The notes beneath the pieces were generated by a model. That model was not told the DNA's origin and did not search any database. It saw nothing but the letters and a program-made list of their open reading frames with translations. A stretch of DNA of 64,000 nucleotides from Malacoraja senta. Lineage: Eukaryota. Shown one piece after another: positions 14,175 through 27,100 of this stretch (its first letter is position 1; every line of letters starts with the position of its first letter). Location: NCBI GenBank assembly GCA_038087875.1, contig CM075989.1, positions 22,074,001 to 22,138,000 on the forward strand. The letters are read 5' to 3'. The translations under genes and the position numbers were made by a program.

Positions 14175-14374
14175 NNNNNNNNNNNNNNNNNNNNNNNNNN
14201 NNNNNNNNNNNNNNNNNNNNNNNNNNNNNNNNNNNNNNNNNNNNNNNNNNNNNNNNNNNNNNNNNNNNNNNNNNNNNNNNNNNNNNNNNNNNNNNNNNNN
14301 NNNNNNNNNNNNNNNNNNNNNNNNNNNNNNNNNNNNNNNNNNNNNNNNNNNNNNNNNNNNNNNNNNNNNNNNNN
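14175..14374. other. Assembly gap (200 N)
   Basis: Run of N with a round length, so probably a placeholder. Confidence 1.
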
Positions 14375-15607
14375 TATTGATATGAGAAATTTGTGGAACC
14401 ATGAATGAAACGACATGATAATTAACAATCAAAAATCAATGTGTCACATCATGTGAAGGACATATTTATAGCCAGGATCGCAGGACAAGCTATAAGATCA
14501 TGTACAGTGGACTGAAGTAAGTTTACTTTTACGACCAAAAGTACCTTTCCTTTGCGAATCTAGCTAAAGTCATTTTGAATGGAAAGAGCTCTGAATTGAG
14601 TATGCCTTTCACCATTAGTAATTTGGAACCATTTTCATGAATGGAACCCAATTTTTGAATTGTACCATTCAATTTCTGCTATTGAGACCCTTATTCTTTC
14701 TCATCTTGTTTACAGATACACCGACGCGTGCCAGCGGATTTTATTCATGAATACTTTCAAGCACCACTAAATAGTTATTTGTTGTTACTACTTTGCAAAG
14801 CACCCAATTAATGGTCCAACTGAATTCTAAATCATGCTCAGTGAAATGAAATGAAACCTGATAATAACTCTTGAGGATTTTCAATAGAAGTGTACCTGGA
14901 ATTGTCAGAAGAAAACAATATGCTCTTCTAAATTCCTTTGGATTTATTTTTAATCATATTCATGTTCTTGCTGTGCCAAACCTAATTTACATCTGTTAGA
15001 GTGGGAATCTACAGTGTACTTGTCCTTATGCACACTTACCGAAGATGATATTATGACATCCCACAGTAACAAGCATTCTTCTGTTTAAATTTATATCAAT
15101 TAGTTAGTAACAGTAATTCAATGTGACAGGGCAGTAGATGTTGAAAGGCTTGTGACGATGTCAATGAGGCGACCTTTCTTCCTGCTCACTGCCAAAAGCC
15201 ATTTTTAACAAGGAATTCTGAAAGAACTGCTACCTCAGCCATACTTTGATAATTAGTTATTGATTAAGAACAATGTAGTGCTGAATATTGCCGGATTAGT
15301 TTGACGCCAATGGGTCGCGACATACAGACCTTATCACAATAATCTACGAAAATATATATCATGCTCTAACAAGTTATTGTTCTCCTCTACTTTGTAATTC
15401 ATTGGACCTGAGCACTTAAGGTCAATAATATTACTACCAGTGCAAGGAAAATGGATTTTAACCTTATTAGAAAAGCCAATATGCTATTCTAATGGTTATC
15501 CAATTATATTATTTCTTGAAATTTGCATGGAGTCCGGTCATTAGGCATTGTGGGCTCTCAGTGCAAACTACCTTTGAGTAGAATTTCAGAACAAGATTTA
15601 AAGGATG

Positions 15608-15708
15608 CAACACATCACCTATTCTTTTTCTCCACAGATGCTGCCTGTTACTCCACTATTTTTTGTCTATCTTTGGTATAAACTCGCATCTGCAGTTCCT
15701 TCCTGCAC
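15608..15708 (+). mobile_element. Penelope-like element 3' terminal fragment
   Basis: Matches the recurrent terminus ...agatgctgcctg...ttactcca...gtctatct...gcatctgcagttccttc. Confidence 0.7.
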
Positions 15709-15987
15709 GTTTGCTAAACATGTATTTACGTCACCTTCACAAGAAACATGTTGATGTTTAAGGATGCCACAATTTTATGGAAATAAATCATTGCGTAGTA
15801 AATATGCGATAGATACCTGCATAGGACCTGCATTCTTAGCAGTTGATGCCATTTAAATATATTAATTCCATTGAAGTTTGGAGTTGACACCACTGTGAGG
15901 TTGAAACCTCAAACAATGATGAAATGGACTACAGGAAGGGATAGGGAGTTTAGTAGCTTGATGTCAAGACAACAATCTATAAATGTT

Positions 15988-16109
15988 TAAGAAGGAACTG
16001 CAGATGCTGGAAAATCAAAGGTACACAAAAATGCTGGAGAAACTCAGCGGGTGCAGCAGCATCTATGGAGCGAAGGAAATAGGCAACGTTTCGGGCCGAA
16101 ACCCTTCTT
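15988..16109 (-). mobile_element. Penelope-like terminus (subfamily B) with 15-bp TSD
   Basis: Flanked by caatctataaatgtt at 15973-15987 and 16110-16124. Confidence 0.8.
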
Positions 16110-16149
16110 CAATCTATAAATGTTATCTGGGAACCAGGTTGGTTCACGC

Positions 16150-16815
16150 CCTAGCCTATATCATGGTGCGCAGGTGAACTCTGTTGAGGGCTTCAAGTTC
16201 CTTGGTGCAAATACCACCAACAATTTCTCCTGGTACAACTACATTGGTGCCAAGGCCAAGAAAGCTCACCAATGCCTCTACTTCTTCAGAAGGCTAAGGA
16301 AATTCTTAAATTACCAAATTCACTAGATGCCCCAGAGAAAGCATCCTATTTGGATGCATTACAACTTGATATGCCAACTGCTTTGCCAAAAGACTGCAAG
16401 GATTTGGAGAGAATTGTAAATGCAGCCCAGTCCTTCACAAGAAATAAGCCTTCCATCTCCCCCTCCTCCCCCATCAACTAACTCCATCTGCACTTCATAA
16501 TAATTGGAAAAGCAGCCAACATAATCAAGGACCTTCATATCTTCTCTCTTCACCCCTGTCCCGTAGGGGAAAAGTAACAAAAGCTTACAAGCACGTACGC
16601 CAGACTCAAGAACGCCTTCTTCCCTGTGTTATCAGCCTCTTGAATGGACCTCTCACATGCTCGGAATGAATTCCTGCACTTCGAATCTACCTCGCTGGAG
16701 TCCTTGGAGAAAAGGTCCTGGAGACCTTTTTTTATCTGCACTACCTGATATACTTATGTGGCATGTATGCAAAACAAATTTTTTCACTGTATCTTGGTAC
16801 ACATGACAGTAATAG
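16150..16815 (+). mobile_element. Degenerate Rex1/Babar-type LINE 3' region
   Basis: Broken frames give VEGFKFLG...KKAHQCLYFFRRLRKF, DLERIVNAAQ and RLKNAFFP; the 3' tail ttttcactgtatcttggtacacatgaca recurs in other copies. Confidence 0.75.
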
Positions 16816-16934
16816 ACCATTACCATTTAGCCCACGATGATCTGAGTAACACATTGAAGGGCCACCTGGTTAGTTCCATTGCACAACACACTCTGCCGAC
16901 CTTTCATATGTTTCAATTTCAAGTCTGCATCCAA

Positions 16935-17173
16935 TTAGTTTAGTTTAGTATAGAGATACAGTGCAGAAACAGGCTCTTCGGCCCACCGAGTCCGCGCCGA
17001 CCAGCTATCCCCACACATTAACACTACCCTACACACTAGGGACAATTTTCAATTACACCAAGCCAATTAACCTACAAACCTGTACGTCTTTGGAGTGTGG
17101 GAGGAAACCGGAGATCCTGGAGAAAACCCACGCAGGTCACAGGTAGAACTTGCAAACTCCGTATAGACAGCGC
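16935..17173 (-). mobile_element. HE1/V-SINE-type tRNA-derived SINE, 5'-truncated
   Basis: Reverse complement of the SINE body with (CTAAA)n tail. Confidence 0.85.
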
Positions 17174-17419
17174 CTATTCCCTTTTGAAAGTTACTACTTT
17201 GACTGACCTTCTGGCAAAGCAAACCTGGCCGTAATAGGCAGCAGCATGGTACAGAAAATAAATCACAGGCATCTCATGTTTTTCTGTCGATGGAAGAACA
17301 TGCATGGGACATGTATGGCCTCAGGAGCATGTGGATAGGAGATATCCTCCTGTTAGGAGTTTTGTTTCTCTCTTCATCACCTCTTCATCACAGTTAAGAG
17401 CTTGTCTATGTCATTGTTA

Positions 17420-17715
17420 TAGAGTCATAAAGCGTGGAAACAGACCCTTCAGCCCAACTTGCCCACACAGCCTAACAGGTCCCATCTACACTAGTCCACC
17501 CTGCCTGCATTTGGCCCATATCCCTCTAAACCTGTCCTATCCATGTACCTGTCTAAATATTTCTGAAGCGTTGTGATAATACCTGCCTTCACTACCCCCT
17601 CCGGCAGCTCGTTCCATACACCCACCACCCTTTGTGTAAAAAAGTTATCCTTCAGGTTCCTATTAGATCTTTCCCTAGTCACCTTAAATCTACGTCCTCT
17701 GGTTCTTGATTCCTC
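17420..17715 (-). mobile_element. CR1-type LINE 3' fragment
   Basis: Minus ORF NFFTQRVVGVWNELPEGVVKAG...LDRYMDRTGLEGYG, the typical CR1 ORF2 C-terminus. Confidence 0.85.
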
Positions 17716-17716
17716 T

Positions 17717-18140
17717 AGATAGACACAAAATGCCGGAGTAACTCAGCGGGGCAGGCAGCATCTCTGGATAGAAGGAATGGGTGACGTTTCAGGTCGAGAC
17801 CCTTCTTTAGACTGAGAGTCAGGGGAGAGGGAACACACACAGAAATATGGAAGAGTATGGTGTGAAAACAAGAGATCCAAGAGGACGAAATTCAAGGAAC
17901 ATGTAGAATAGATCATTGTTAGCTAGCGGTAGGTAACAACGAGGTATACAAAGATAAAACGTAATCAGGAGGACAGTCAGACTGGTGGGAGAACTTGGAT
18001 GGGGAGGGATGGAGAGAGAGGAAAAGCAAGGGTTACGTAAAGTTAGAGAAGTCAATATTCATACCGCTGGGGTGTACGCTGCCCAAGTGAAACATGAGGT
18101 GCTGTTCCTCCAATGTGCATTGGGCCTCACTTTGACAGTG
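17717..18140 (-). mobile_element. Penelope-like element 3' end: GIY-YIG C-terminus, 3'UTR and hammerhead-motif terminus
   Basis: Minus strand reads HCQSEAQCTLEEQHLMFHLGSVHPSGMNIDFSNFT*, then a pyrimidine-rich UTR, then the recurrent terminal repeat. Confidence 0.8.
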
Positions 18141-18944
18141 ATTCCTCTATTGAAAATACACATCAATCGGTTGAAATAATGAATCTAAATATCATGGCAC
18201 TTGTTAAAAATTGGAACCATTCTGTTTGCAATCTCCTTTGAACGTTATATGGAGATATTTACAGTAGGCAAGTCACTGCCAATGTATTTCATTTGTGTTA
18301 ATTAGATATTATTCTCTTCCTTCCTTCTGTGAGTGTTTACATATTTTTTTAACATGTTGCCAGCACAAATTTTAATTATCCGTTCTGCATTGTGTGTTAC
18401 CATGCTGGTACGGCAGAATTTGTTTTCGAGAAAAAAATAAGGCAAGGCATAATTAAGATTTCTCAATGATTAAATATTTTGTATTAAGTGACTTACTTGT
18501 CTAATAGGAATAGGATACGACTGAAGCTGGGTGTTTTTGTAGTGTTGAATGCTCTACTTTTTTCCCACTACAAGGGAAATGTCATGATACATTGATTATA
18601 CTTCTGATCTAGTTTGAAGTTAAGAATCGAAGCTGTAATGTTGTAAATGCAATTTTTTTTTTGGTGACAGGTGAAAATAAACATAATGGAAGCAGTACAC
18701 ATCAAAAACAAATAAATAAACGTAGCCTTTTCCTTTTCTCCAGAGAGTCTGTCTGGCTCCAGCTTTTTGTGTCTATGTTCGGTGTAAACCAGCATCTGCA
18801 GTTCCTTCCTATCCACATCAATTCAAGTTGGGCAATCAAAATTGGATCAGGATCTATGTTAGAAAAAGGGGAAGTCCCATATAAAACTCTTTACCTCAGT
18901 TTGGTCATTAGGCCAGTCATACATTATACAAGCTTTAGAAAAAT

Positions 18945-19335
18945 AGAAACATAGCAACATAGAAAATAGCTGCAGGTGTACGCCATTCGGCCCTTTGAGC
19001 CAGCACCGACCAGCCCTCCAAGTATACTCTGCTGTTCAATCATGGCTGATCTATCTTTCCCTCTCAATCCCATTCTCATGCCTTCTCCCCACAACCTTTG
19101 ACACCCGTACTAATCAAGAATCTGTCCGCTTTTAAAATATCCAATGACTTGGCCTCCACAGCCATATGTGACAATGAATTCTGCAGATTCATCACCCTCT
19201 GACCAAAGAAATTCCTTCACATCTCCATTCTAAAGGTAAGTCATTTTATTCTGAGGCTGTGCCCTCTGCATCTTGTCTCTCCCACTAGTTGAAACAGCTT
19301 CTCCACATCTATTCTATCCAGACCTTTCACTAATT
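18945..19335 (-). mobile_element. CR1-type LINE 3' fragment
   Basis: Reverse complement resembles the 3' end of the CR1 at 41141-42480. Confidence 0.8.
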
Positions 19336-19674
19336 CACTGCTAGATAATGTTATCCAGTTGAACTTTTTCTCCATATGATAAACAACATTAACGATCATA
19401 TGCTATAATATATTTATTTGAAAAGATCTGAAGAACTCTGGTGAATTTGCATTCTGGAGAAATGCCATGAGATGTGATCAGTTGCCTTCCCCCCCTCTAA
19501 CTGGAAAACCATTTTGATGTTGGATCCCCCCCCCCGCCCCCCCCCCACCCACACATTTCACTTCATACACAGCCCACATTCGAAAACCGACTTGATAAAT
19601 CCACATCTTTGCAGATTAGTATTCCACATACTGTAGTACTCCTAAAATGTCTGCAGGAAAGATAAATGGGCCAA

Positions 19675-19990
19675 GACCACTGCAGAGAATTGTTGACGCA
19701 GCCCAGACCACCACACAAACTAAGTTCCCTTCCATTGTCTCCATCTACACTTCACACTGCCTTAGCAAGGCCAGCAGCATAATCAAGGATGTGTCTCACC
19801 CTGGTCATTCCCTCTTCTCCCCTCTCCAATCAGGCAAGAGGTACAGCGATGAAAACACACACCTCCAGATTCAGAGACAGTTTTTTTCCCAGCTGTTGTC
19901 AGGCAACTGAACCATCCTACCACCAACGAGAGTGATCCTGAGCTACTATCTACTTCATTGGAGACCCTCAGACTATCTTCAAATGGACTT
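19675..19990 (+). mobile_element. Rex1/Babar-type LINE 3' fragment
   Basis: LQRIVDAAQTTTQTKFPSIVSIYTSHCLSKASSIIKDVSHPGHSLFSPLQSGKRY. Confidence 0.8.
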
Positions 19991-19997
19991 AACTAAG

Positions 19998-20230
19998 CTA
20001 GTCCCATTTACCCGCAGTTGGTGCATGTCCCTCTAAACCCTTCAAGTGCCATGTCCCTTTCCCATCAACGTATCTGTCTGAAAGTATTTTTTAAATGGTC
20101 TTATACTACCTCCACTGGCAGCTTGTTCCATATACCTACCACCCCCTGAGTGAAAAGGTTGCTCCTCAGGTTCTTATTAAATCTTTCCCCTTTTACCTTA
20201 AAGCAATCTCCGTTGGTTCTAGATTCCCTA
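19998..20230 (-). mobile_element. CR1-type LINE 3' fragment
   Basis: FKVKGERFNKNLRSNLFTQGVVGIWNKLPVEVV. Confidence 0.8.
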
Positions 20231-21020
20231 CAACAGATTGACAGATGTGATACCAGAAGATCTGGAAATAGTACATCCATGCTTACCTTGTGGATAGACA
20301 AGGTTCTCATGTCACTTGTATAATGGAAAATCTCCGTCAGTTTCAATGGAGCTTCACCAACATGCAAGAACATGTTAGGTCATCCATTCAACAAAATTAT
20401 TAAAGCCGTTTGACTATAACCTTACCAACGGTAAATATATAGGCATGTGTAAGAAGGAGTGCCTGAAGAAGGGTCTCGACTCAAAACATCACCTATTCCT
20501 TTTCTCCAGAGATGCTGTCTGACCTGCTGAGTTACTCCAGCTTTTTTTCCTATCTTAAATATACAGGAGGTTTTGCAAGAACACTGGGATAATCACATTC
20601 ACTGAATGTTTTAAAGTGGATGATCCCACCACAAGATAAATGCCCATCAATCTATTGCAAGATTCATTGTGGCTAACCTTTCCAAGTCAACTGGTTATAA
20701 TGTTATTACTTTGTGGGAAGGATCCCTTTGATTATCATTGAGTAATAGTTGAAACTGTTGAGTGTAGTTACTCATTTGACTGGTTTGGAAACTCTCCAAA
20801 ATAGTCATCATGTTTTGTTACGATAATGTGATGGGTTCAATATTGCCCATGGCGATTGCTGGAAGCACTAGCAAGGCAAATCATATTCAAACGTGGAGAT
20901 ATCAACCAGGGCTGTATACCAATGTGGTAGCAATAGAGCTGCTCGTAAATTATTGAAATGCGTTATAGTAACAAAATTTACCGACCAGGTTAAAGGTCAA
21001 GTAGGAAAGAAAATCTTGTA

Positions 21021-21452
21021 TTGACACAAAATGTTGGAGTAACTCAACGGGTCTAGCAGCATCTCTGGAGAAAGTGGACAAGTGACGTTTCGGGTAGGGA
21101 CCCCTCTTCAAACTGATTGTAGTAGGGAGAGCGTTAACTTTAAAAGTCCATTAACTAGCTTCACATTCCACAACTATGTATCCCTCTTGATACTCACACC
21201 CGTCTCTATCCAACAATCTGCCTATCAGGGAACCTCCTCGCCAGAGATCATCTGTTGCCAACACTGATTTGTGTAGCTTGTTCTTATTTCCATTTTTTTC
21301 CTGCTCTCCCTTCTACAATCAGTCTGAAGAAGGGTCCCGACCCGGAATGTCACTTATAGATTGTATCCAGAGATGCTGCCTGACCCGCTGAGTTGCACCA
21401 CCATTTTGTGTCTATCTTTGGTGTAAACCAGCATCTGCAGTTCCTTTTAATG
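21021..21452. mobile_element. Inverted pair of Penelope-like termini with spacer
   Basis: 21021-21115 is the reverse complement of 21320-21415. Confidence 0.8.
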
Positions 21453-22139
21453 ACATTAAGAAAATATGGTAATCGTTCTGTTCTGGCCTATATTAGCCCA
21501 ACTAATGTGGTTGATTCTCAACTGTGGACTGGAACAGCCTAGAAAGACTTACCAGGTGAGCTTCAAGGTAAAGGATCTCATTGAGTTCGATGTGAGTGCA
21601 GAATGGATATTTGTGATGTTCATGGGAGTGCAGGAATGAAACCCTAGTAAGTTAATAGGGGTGCAAGAACCAGGGCCCCAGTAGAAGCATATGAGCAGGA
21701 GTCTAATGTGAGCATGGCAATTCACATTTGGTGATCTCCCCCTGGTAATTTGTCCCTGGGGAACAAAGGTGGATGGGGGAGGAGATGATGTCGGTTGCTT
21801 GCCGACCAAGGAAGGCGATGGCTGGAGGCCCTGCAGCAGCCTGGGGCTCGCCTGGATCGGGCTCCGATTAGAACAACTGGAATGTGGACTTGACTTGGAA
21901 AATGGCGCCTAAACTTGGCACCTCTTGCATGCGGGCTCAGTAGATTATTTTTCTACAACTGCTAATCGGGGATGGTATGGCAATACTCTACTGGACTATT
22001 TGGAAGAAAGGAATTTCACTGAGCGTTTGCACTTCACACATGTGACAATAAAGCATTGTTGAACCATTGAAATTTCAAATAATTGGGATCTCCAAACAAA
22101 TGTGGAGTGCATTATCGGAGTTTTATTTTAATCCATTTT

Positions 22140-22280
22140 GATTTAAGAAAGATTTGGACAGGTACATGGATAGGACAGGTTTAGAGGGATAAGGGCTAAA
22201 CGTAGGCAGTTGGGACTAATGTAGATGGGACATGTTGGCCGGTGTGGGCAAGTTGGGCCGAAGGGCCTGTTTCCACACTA
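22140..22280 (+). mobile_element. CR1 3' end sharing the SINE tail
   Basis: Ends in gggccgaagggcctgtttcca. Confidence 0.75.
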
Positions 22281-22435
22281 TGAATAAATTAGCTTGGACA
22301 GAGGAAAAATGTCCTTCTCTAATTTAATTGTATTTTAGGTGTGTATATTTACATTTATCCAAGAGGTCAAAGAGGATCTCAATTTAACAAGTCACTCCAT
22401 GGCAACACCTATGCACTGCAGCATTCCTGCAGAGT

Positions 22436-22763
22436 TAGTTTAGTTTAGTTTTTGTTTAGTTTAGAGACATAGCGTGGAAACAGGCTCTTCGGCCCACCGA
22501 GTCCGCACCGACCAGCGATCCCCGCACATTAACACCATCCTACACCCACTAGGGACAATTTACACATGCACCAAGCCAATTAACGTACAAACCTGTACCT
22601 CTTTGGAATGTGGGAGGAAACCGAAGATCTTGGAGAAAACCCACTCAGGTCACGGGGAGAACGTACAAACTGCTTACTGATAGCACCCGTACTCGGGATT
22701 GAACCCGGGTCTCCGGCGCTGCAAGCGCTGTAATGCAGCAACTCTACCGCTGCGCCACCGTGG
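22436..22763 (-). mobile_element. Full-length HE1-type SINE
   Basis: Minus strand shows A box (gtggcgcagcggtagag), B box (gggttcaatccc), central V-domain-like core and (CTAAA)n tail. Confidence 0.9.
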
Positions 22764-23939
22764 CTGCCCCATTACATTTGATCAGTGTGCCACCAATTAT
22801 TCGAGAGTAACAGCAGTGTTAAAATAGTGAATAGTGAAAGGCCTGGATAGAGTGGATGTGGGGAGGATGTTTCCACTAGTGGGAGAGTCTAGGAACAGAG
22901 GCCACAGCCTCAGAATAAAAGGACATACCTTTAGAAAGGAGACGAGGAGGCATTTCTTTAGTCAGAGGGCAGTGAATCTGTGGAATGTTAATGAATGATC
23001 AAATAAAGCACATGTATTATGTTAAAAGCAAATAGTTCCACCGACCCACTCTCCCCCTTCCTTCCCACACTCGCCAACATCCCAACACGGCACTATGTTT
23101 GTTTTTGAATCTACATATCTTGACAAAGGTGATCAAAATTTTAATTGCGTACATCATCCCTGTTAATACACTTAAAAGCTGCTTTGCTGTTTACGTATAA
23201 GATAAAGGTAAAGGAATTGTCACTGGCCCTTATGATGTACATCTCCCAAATTTATATCAACTGTCACATCTGCCATTAGCACTTTCCATGGGGACAGACA
23301 GACGGATTCTCCTACAGCTGGATTGGTGAGATGAGCTCTTACCCTCTGAAGATTCAGTCACATTAGCTGGTGAGTCGAACGCGTCATATGAACAATGGAC
23401 GGCTGTCAACGGAGACAGCAGGGCAGAAATGTATGATCTCAATGCTGACAGTGAGGGTCTCCAAGGGTAAACTGCTTTGCTGGAACTAATTAAACATATG
23501 AAATTATTACAAGAATATGCAGATGTTGTTTACATTTTACCATATGCTATTATGCCAGGTAATAACTCTCGTGCAGAAGACACCCCCATCAAGAAGAAAT
23601 GGTCTGAAGCCTTGTCTCCAGGTGTCACCTTTGAGTTGCTAGGCTGACTGTGAATTTGACAGAATCTGACTGTACAAAAAAACTTAGCAGTTTTTTCCCT
23701 CATTCCCTTTTCTACCTTGACATATCCTGTTGTTTCTCATAAACCTTTATATTCCCTTTCATTCCTCGCTTGTGAAGGCTGTTTTGCTTTTTTTCAATGC
23801 TGTTTTTATCAATTAAGTTTAACGTTTGCTCATCTGTTACCTTTGGAGGTATAAATATTACTATTTTCAGCTAGTTGACTTGCGCCAATGTAATATAAAT
23901 TAATAAAAATAATCTATTTTTTTATTCTTGGTTATGGCA

Positions 23940-24160
23940 CTAATTATCTACCTCATTGGAGGCCTTGGAACTATCTTTAGTTGGACTTTATTAGACTTCA
24001 ATGTTATTTTTTGCTCTGAAAAGTCTACCCTTTATCCTGTATATGTACACTATGGACGTTTCGATTGTAATCGTGTATAGTATTTTCTCGGACTGGATAG
24101 CACGCAAGCAAAAGCTTTTCACGGTACCTCGGTACACGTGACAAAAATAAAGTAAACTAG
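23940..24160 (+). mobile_element. Rex1/Babar-type LINE 3'UTR fragment
   Basis: Similar to 41040-41140 plus 42481-42600, and to 44925-45120. Confidence 0.7.
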
Positions 24161-27100
24161 AATTATTTAATAAAAGGTATAACAGGATGGTTCAATTATT
24201 AAAATATAGAAGCCTAATTTTCTAGTAGATCACAATTTAAATAAACAACCAAACAGTGTTTATTTTGATGTTAATCTTTACATCATGTATTAATCTATAG
24301 ATCATGCATAATCTTTTCTATTTAAAGTGTGATGACTATTCAGAATTTCACAACAACAAATTACTTTTATTTGGTACCCCAACTTTTTTTTAACTGGAAT
24401 TAGATTTCACATCAAGAATATATGTTAGAACATAGCAAATGATAAACTGTAAGGTGGATTATCGTGTATATAATATGTGGTAGACTAATTTCGCCATGAT
24501 GTGTTAGCAGATTGGCTTGCACTATAGACATTGACATGTTCAAACATATTTTGATACTGAAATGATTGCGAAAATTAAAGCATAAATTTCCAGGGATACA
24601 TCACAGATATGCCCCGCCTCTATTTCAATAAAACATGAAATATAAGCAATATGGTTTTGCTGGGAATTATTCTAAGGTTTGCATCTAAAATATTAACATT
24701 CTTTCTCTTTACAAAAACAATTAGAAATGATATTTCTCCCATTGTCAGCCTTATTTCACTTTGAAGATCTTATATTTTGTACTTTTATTAAAAATATTTT
24801 GTATAAAAATGCCATTGATTCTTCAACTTAACAGAAATACTCATTGTTTTTAATATTTCTTAGAAATTATTTCATCCTTTTATGATTTGTTTAATTTTAT
24901 CATGGCATTGCAAACGTAAAAATCCGAAACTCCTAAAAGTCTCCATGCAAAGAAAAGGACAAAAATAGTTCATTATATTAATAATAAAAGAGCAATAGTA
25001 TATTTATACTATTTATTTCAACTATGTGACCGAACTTAATACTGCAATATTTATATAGCATTATTTCCTATTTTAGTTTTTATTTAGTCAATCAAATATA
25101 TGCAATCAAATTGTACTAAAAAAGTTATGAAAATGTCCTATAAAATTTTTAATTCACACAATCTGTAAAATTAGTCCTAATGCTCTATTCAGCCGCCACT
25201 GGGTTTAATTGTCCCGGTTGACTATTGTAATCAGACCCAGATATCACGATATTCCTATAATTATCAGCTCGCTAGTAAAACTAGCAACAATGACTAGTCA
25301 CCAACTTCTACAGTATAGCGTGCAAACAGATGAATAAATAAGTAACTCTTTGTCAAATCGATACAATCAATGCGATAAGCGCATACAACTAGCATCGCAT
25401 AATAATACGTTTATAGTAAGAATGAAGTTGCATCACTTTGGTTATTTGAAAAATAGGATTCTGATGTTTAACGCCAGAAACTTCTTTCATAAAGTTTTAT
25501 TTATAATCGGGAGTGCCATGTAATTTGACGTGGAAGCAGCTTGTACATTTTATGTTTGCCATGCAACCCAAATAAAAATAAAATTGAGCATTTTAATACT
25601 AAAGTAAATCATACTTATTAGTGCATTTATTTTGCTACCAAGTATTGCAATATTATTTTAACAAACTGAGATTATTTTAAAATAGCAAATTGCAAACATT
25701 TGTTATATAGCTTGCATTTCGAAAATAAAATATATATGTCTTGACACTCTAAGCAAATATATCCACGACCGAAGGTCTTAATTTATCCATTAATACAGAG
25801 AAATAATTTTTATTGTTAAGGATGAATCACTTAATAAACTAGTCCATGTGTACAGTTTCTCATTTGCTTTCATTTTTCATAAAGTCATAACATCAAAAAA
25901 AGCAACTGCTGTTTAGTTTAGTTCAGTTTATTATTGTCGCATGTACCGAGGTACAGTGAAGAGCTTTTGTTTGCCTGCTATCCAGTCAAGGAAGACTACA
26001 GATGAGGACAATCAAGCCGTCCACAGTGCACAGTTAAAGAAGGCCTAAAGATAAGCTATTGAGATGAAAATATTTTAAATAAATCAATACAAACTTGTCG
26101 GTGTTGGTTCTTGCATTGTATGGTAATTTGGCAAGTTTGTTCTACAATACTGTATATTCTAGAAATTGAATTAATATATAAAATTATTTTCACACAAGTT
26201 ACATAGGAATATTTTGAGATGATTAATCAAAAATACCCACTGTTAGTTACAATAAATGTCAGTGTAAGTGCATAATATGCTGGAATTAATATTTATGAAT
26301 TAAAATAAATTATTGATTCTCAACATATTTTATTCTTAGGAGGCTGTAATCACTGTTCCCCTATTAATTGTGGTAAAGTATAACAAACCTAAGAATAGGA
26401 GAAAACTAAAACAAAAAAGTCTTTCTATCATCTTCTCACCATCCCTTTGATTTTAAAATTATGCAGAAAGTACCAACCTAGAGGTTACAGAATTGCTTGA
26501 CTCCCATGCTGTTTGGGACCGGCTGTCTTTAATGAAGCAGACAGCCCACTATTGAAAGTGATGACCACCTCTAACCTTTTTAGTGCTTCTACTCCCCTCC
26601 TCTCGGGTTAGCATTCAGCTGAGGGGTACGACAATTTGGCAGAAGTTTTCAGATTAGTTGGCAGCTAGTTCATCCCTGGGAGTTTTCAGCTGACATCTCT
26701 CTCAACCAGCCTGAAGAGAGGTCAGTGGTAACCCTGACTCCCAGGCCCCAACTCACCAAACTGTGTCACAAGTCACGACCAATATAAATTGAAATTTTAA
26801 ACCTCTGCTGTGAAGATTTTACTTCCCTCAATACTTCCTGGGTGACAGCTTATATTTGACTCAGACCCAACTATAGACTTATTATAGTGTTAAAAAAATC
26901 AGAGCGCGTGCAATCTGCAAATATTTAAGATCACAGGAACAGAAACTATCTGCATTTCTTCAACACTAGATAAATACTTACTCAGTGCCCTTGGAAATAA
27001 AGTACATGGTTTATCCTTAAGGGTTTTTCAATAAACAAAATTATCACTCCAAGCAACATATGATAGAATTATTTTTATGGAGTTTATCTACTGCCATATA

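Noticed and set aside
13896..14432. ORFs spanning the N run
   Set aside because: Open only because of the assembly gap.
22436..22763. tRNA genes suggested by A and B boxes
   Set aside because: These are the heads of SINEs, continuing into SINE core and tail without a complete cloverleaf.
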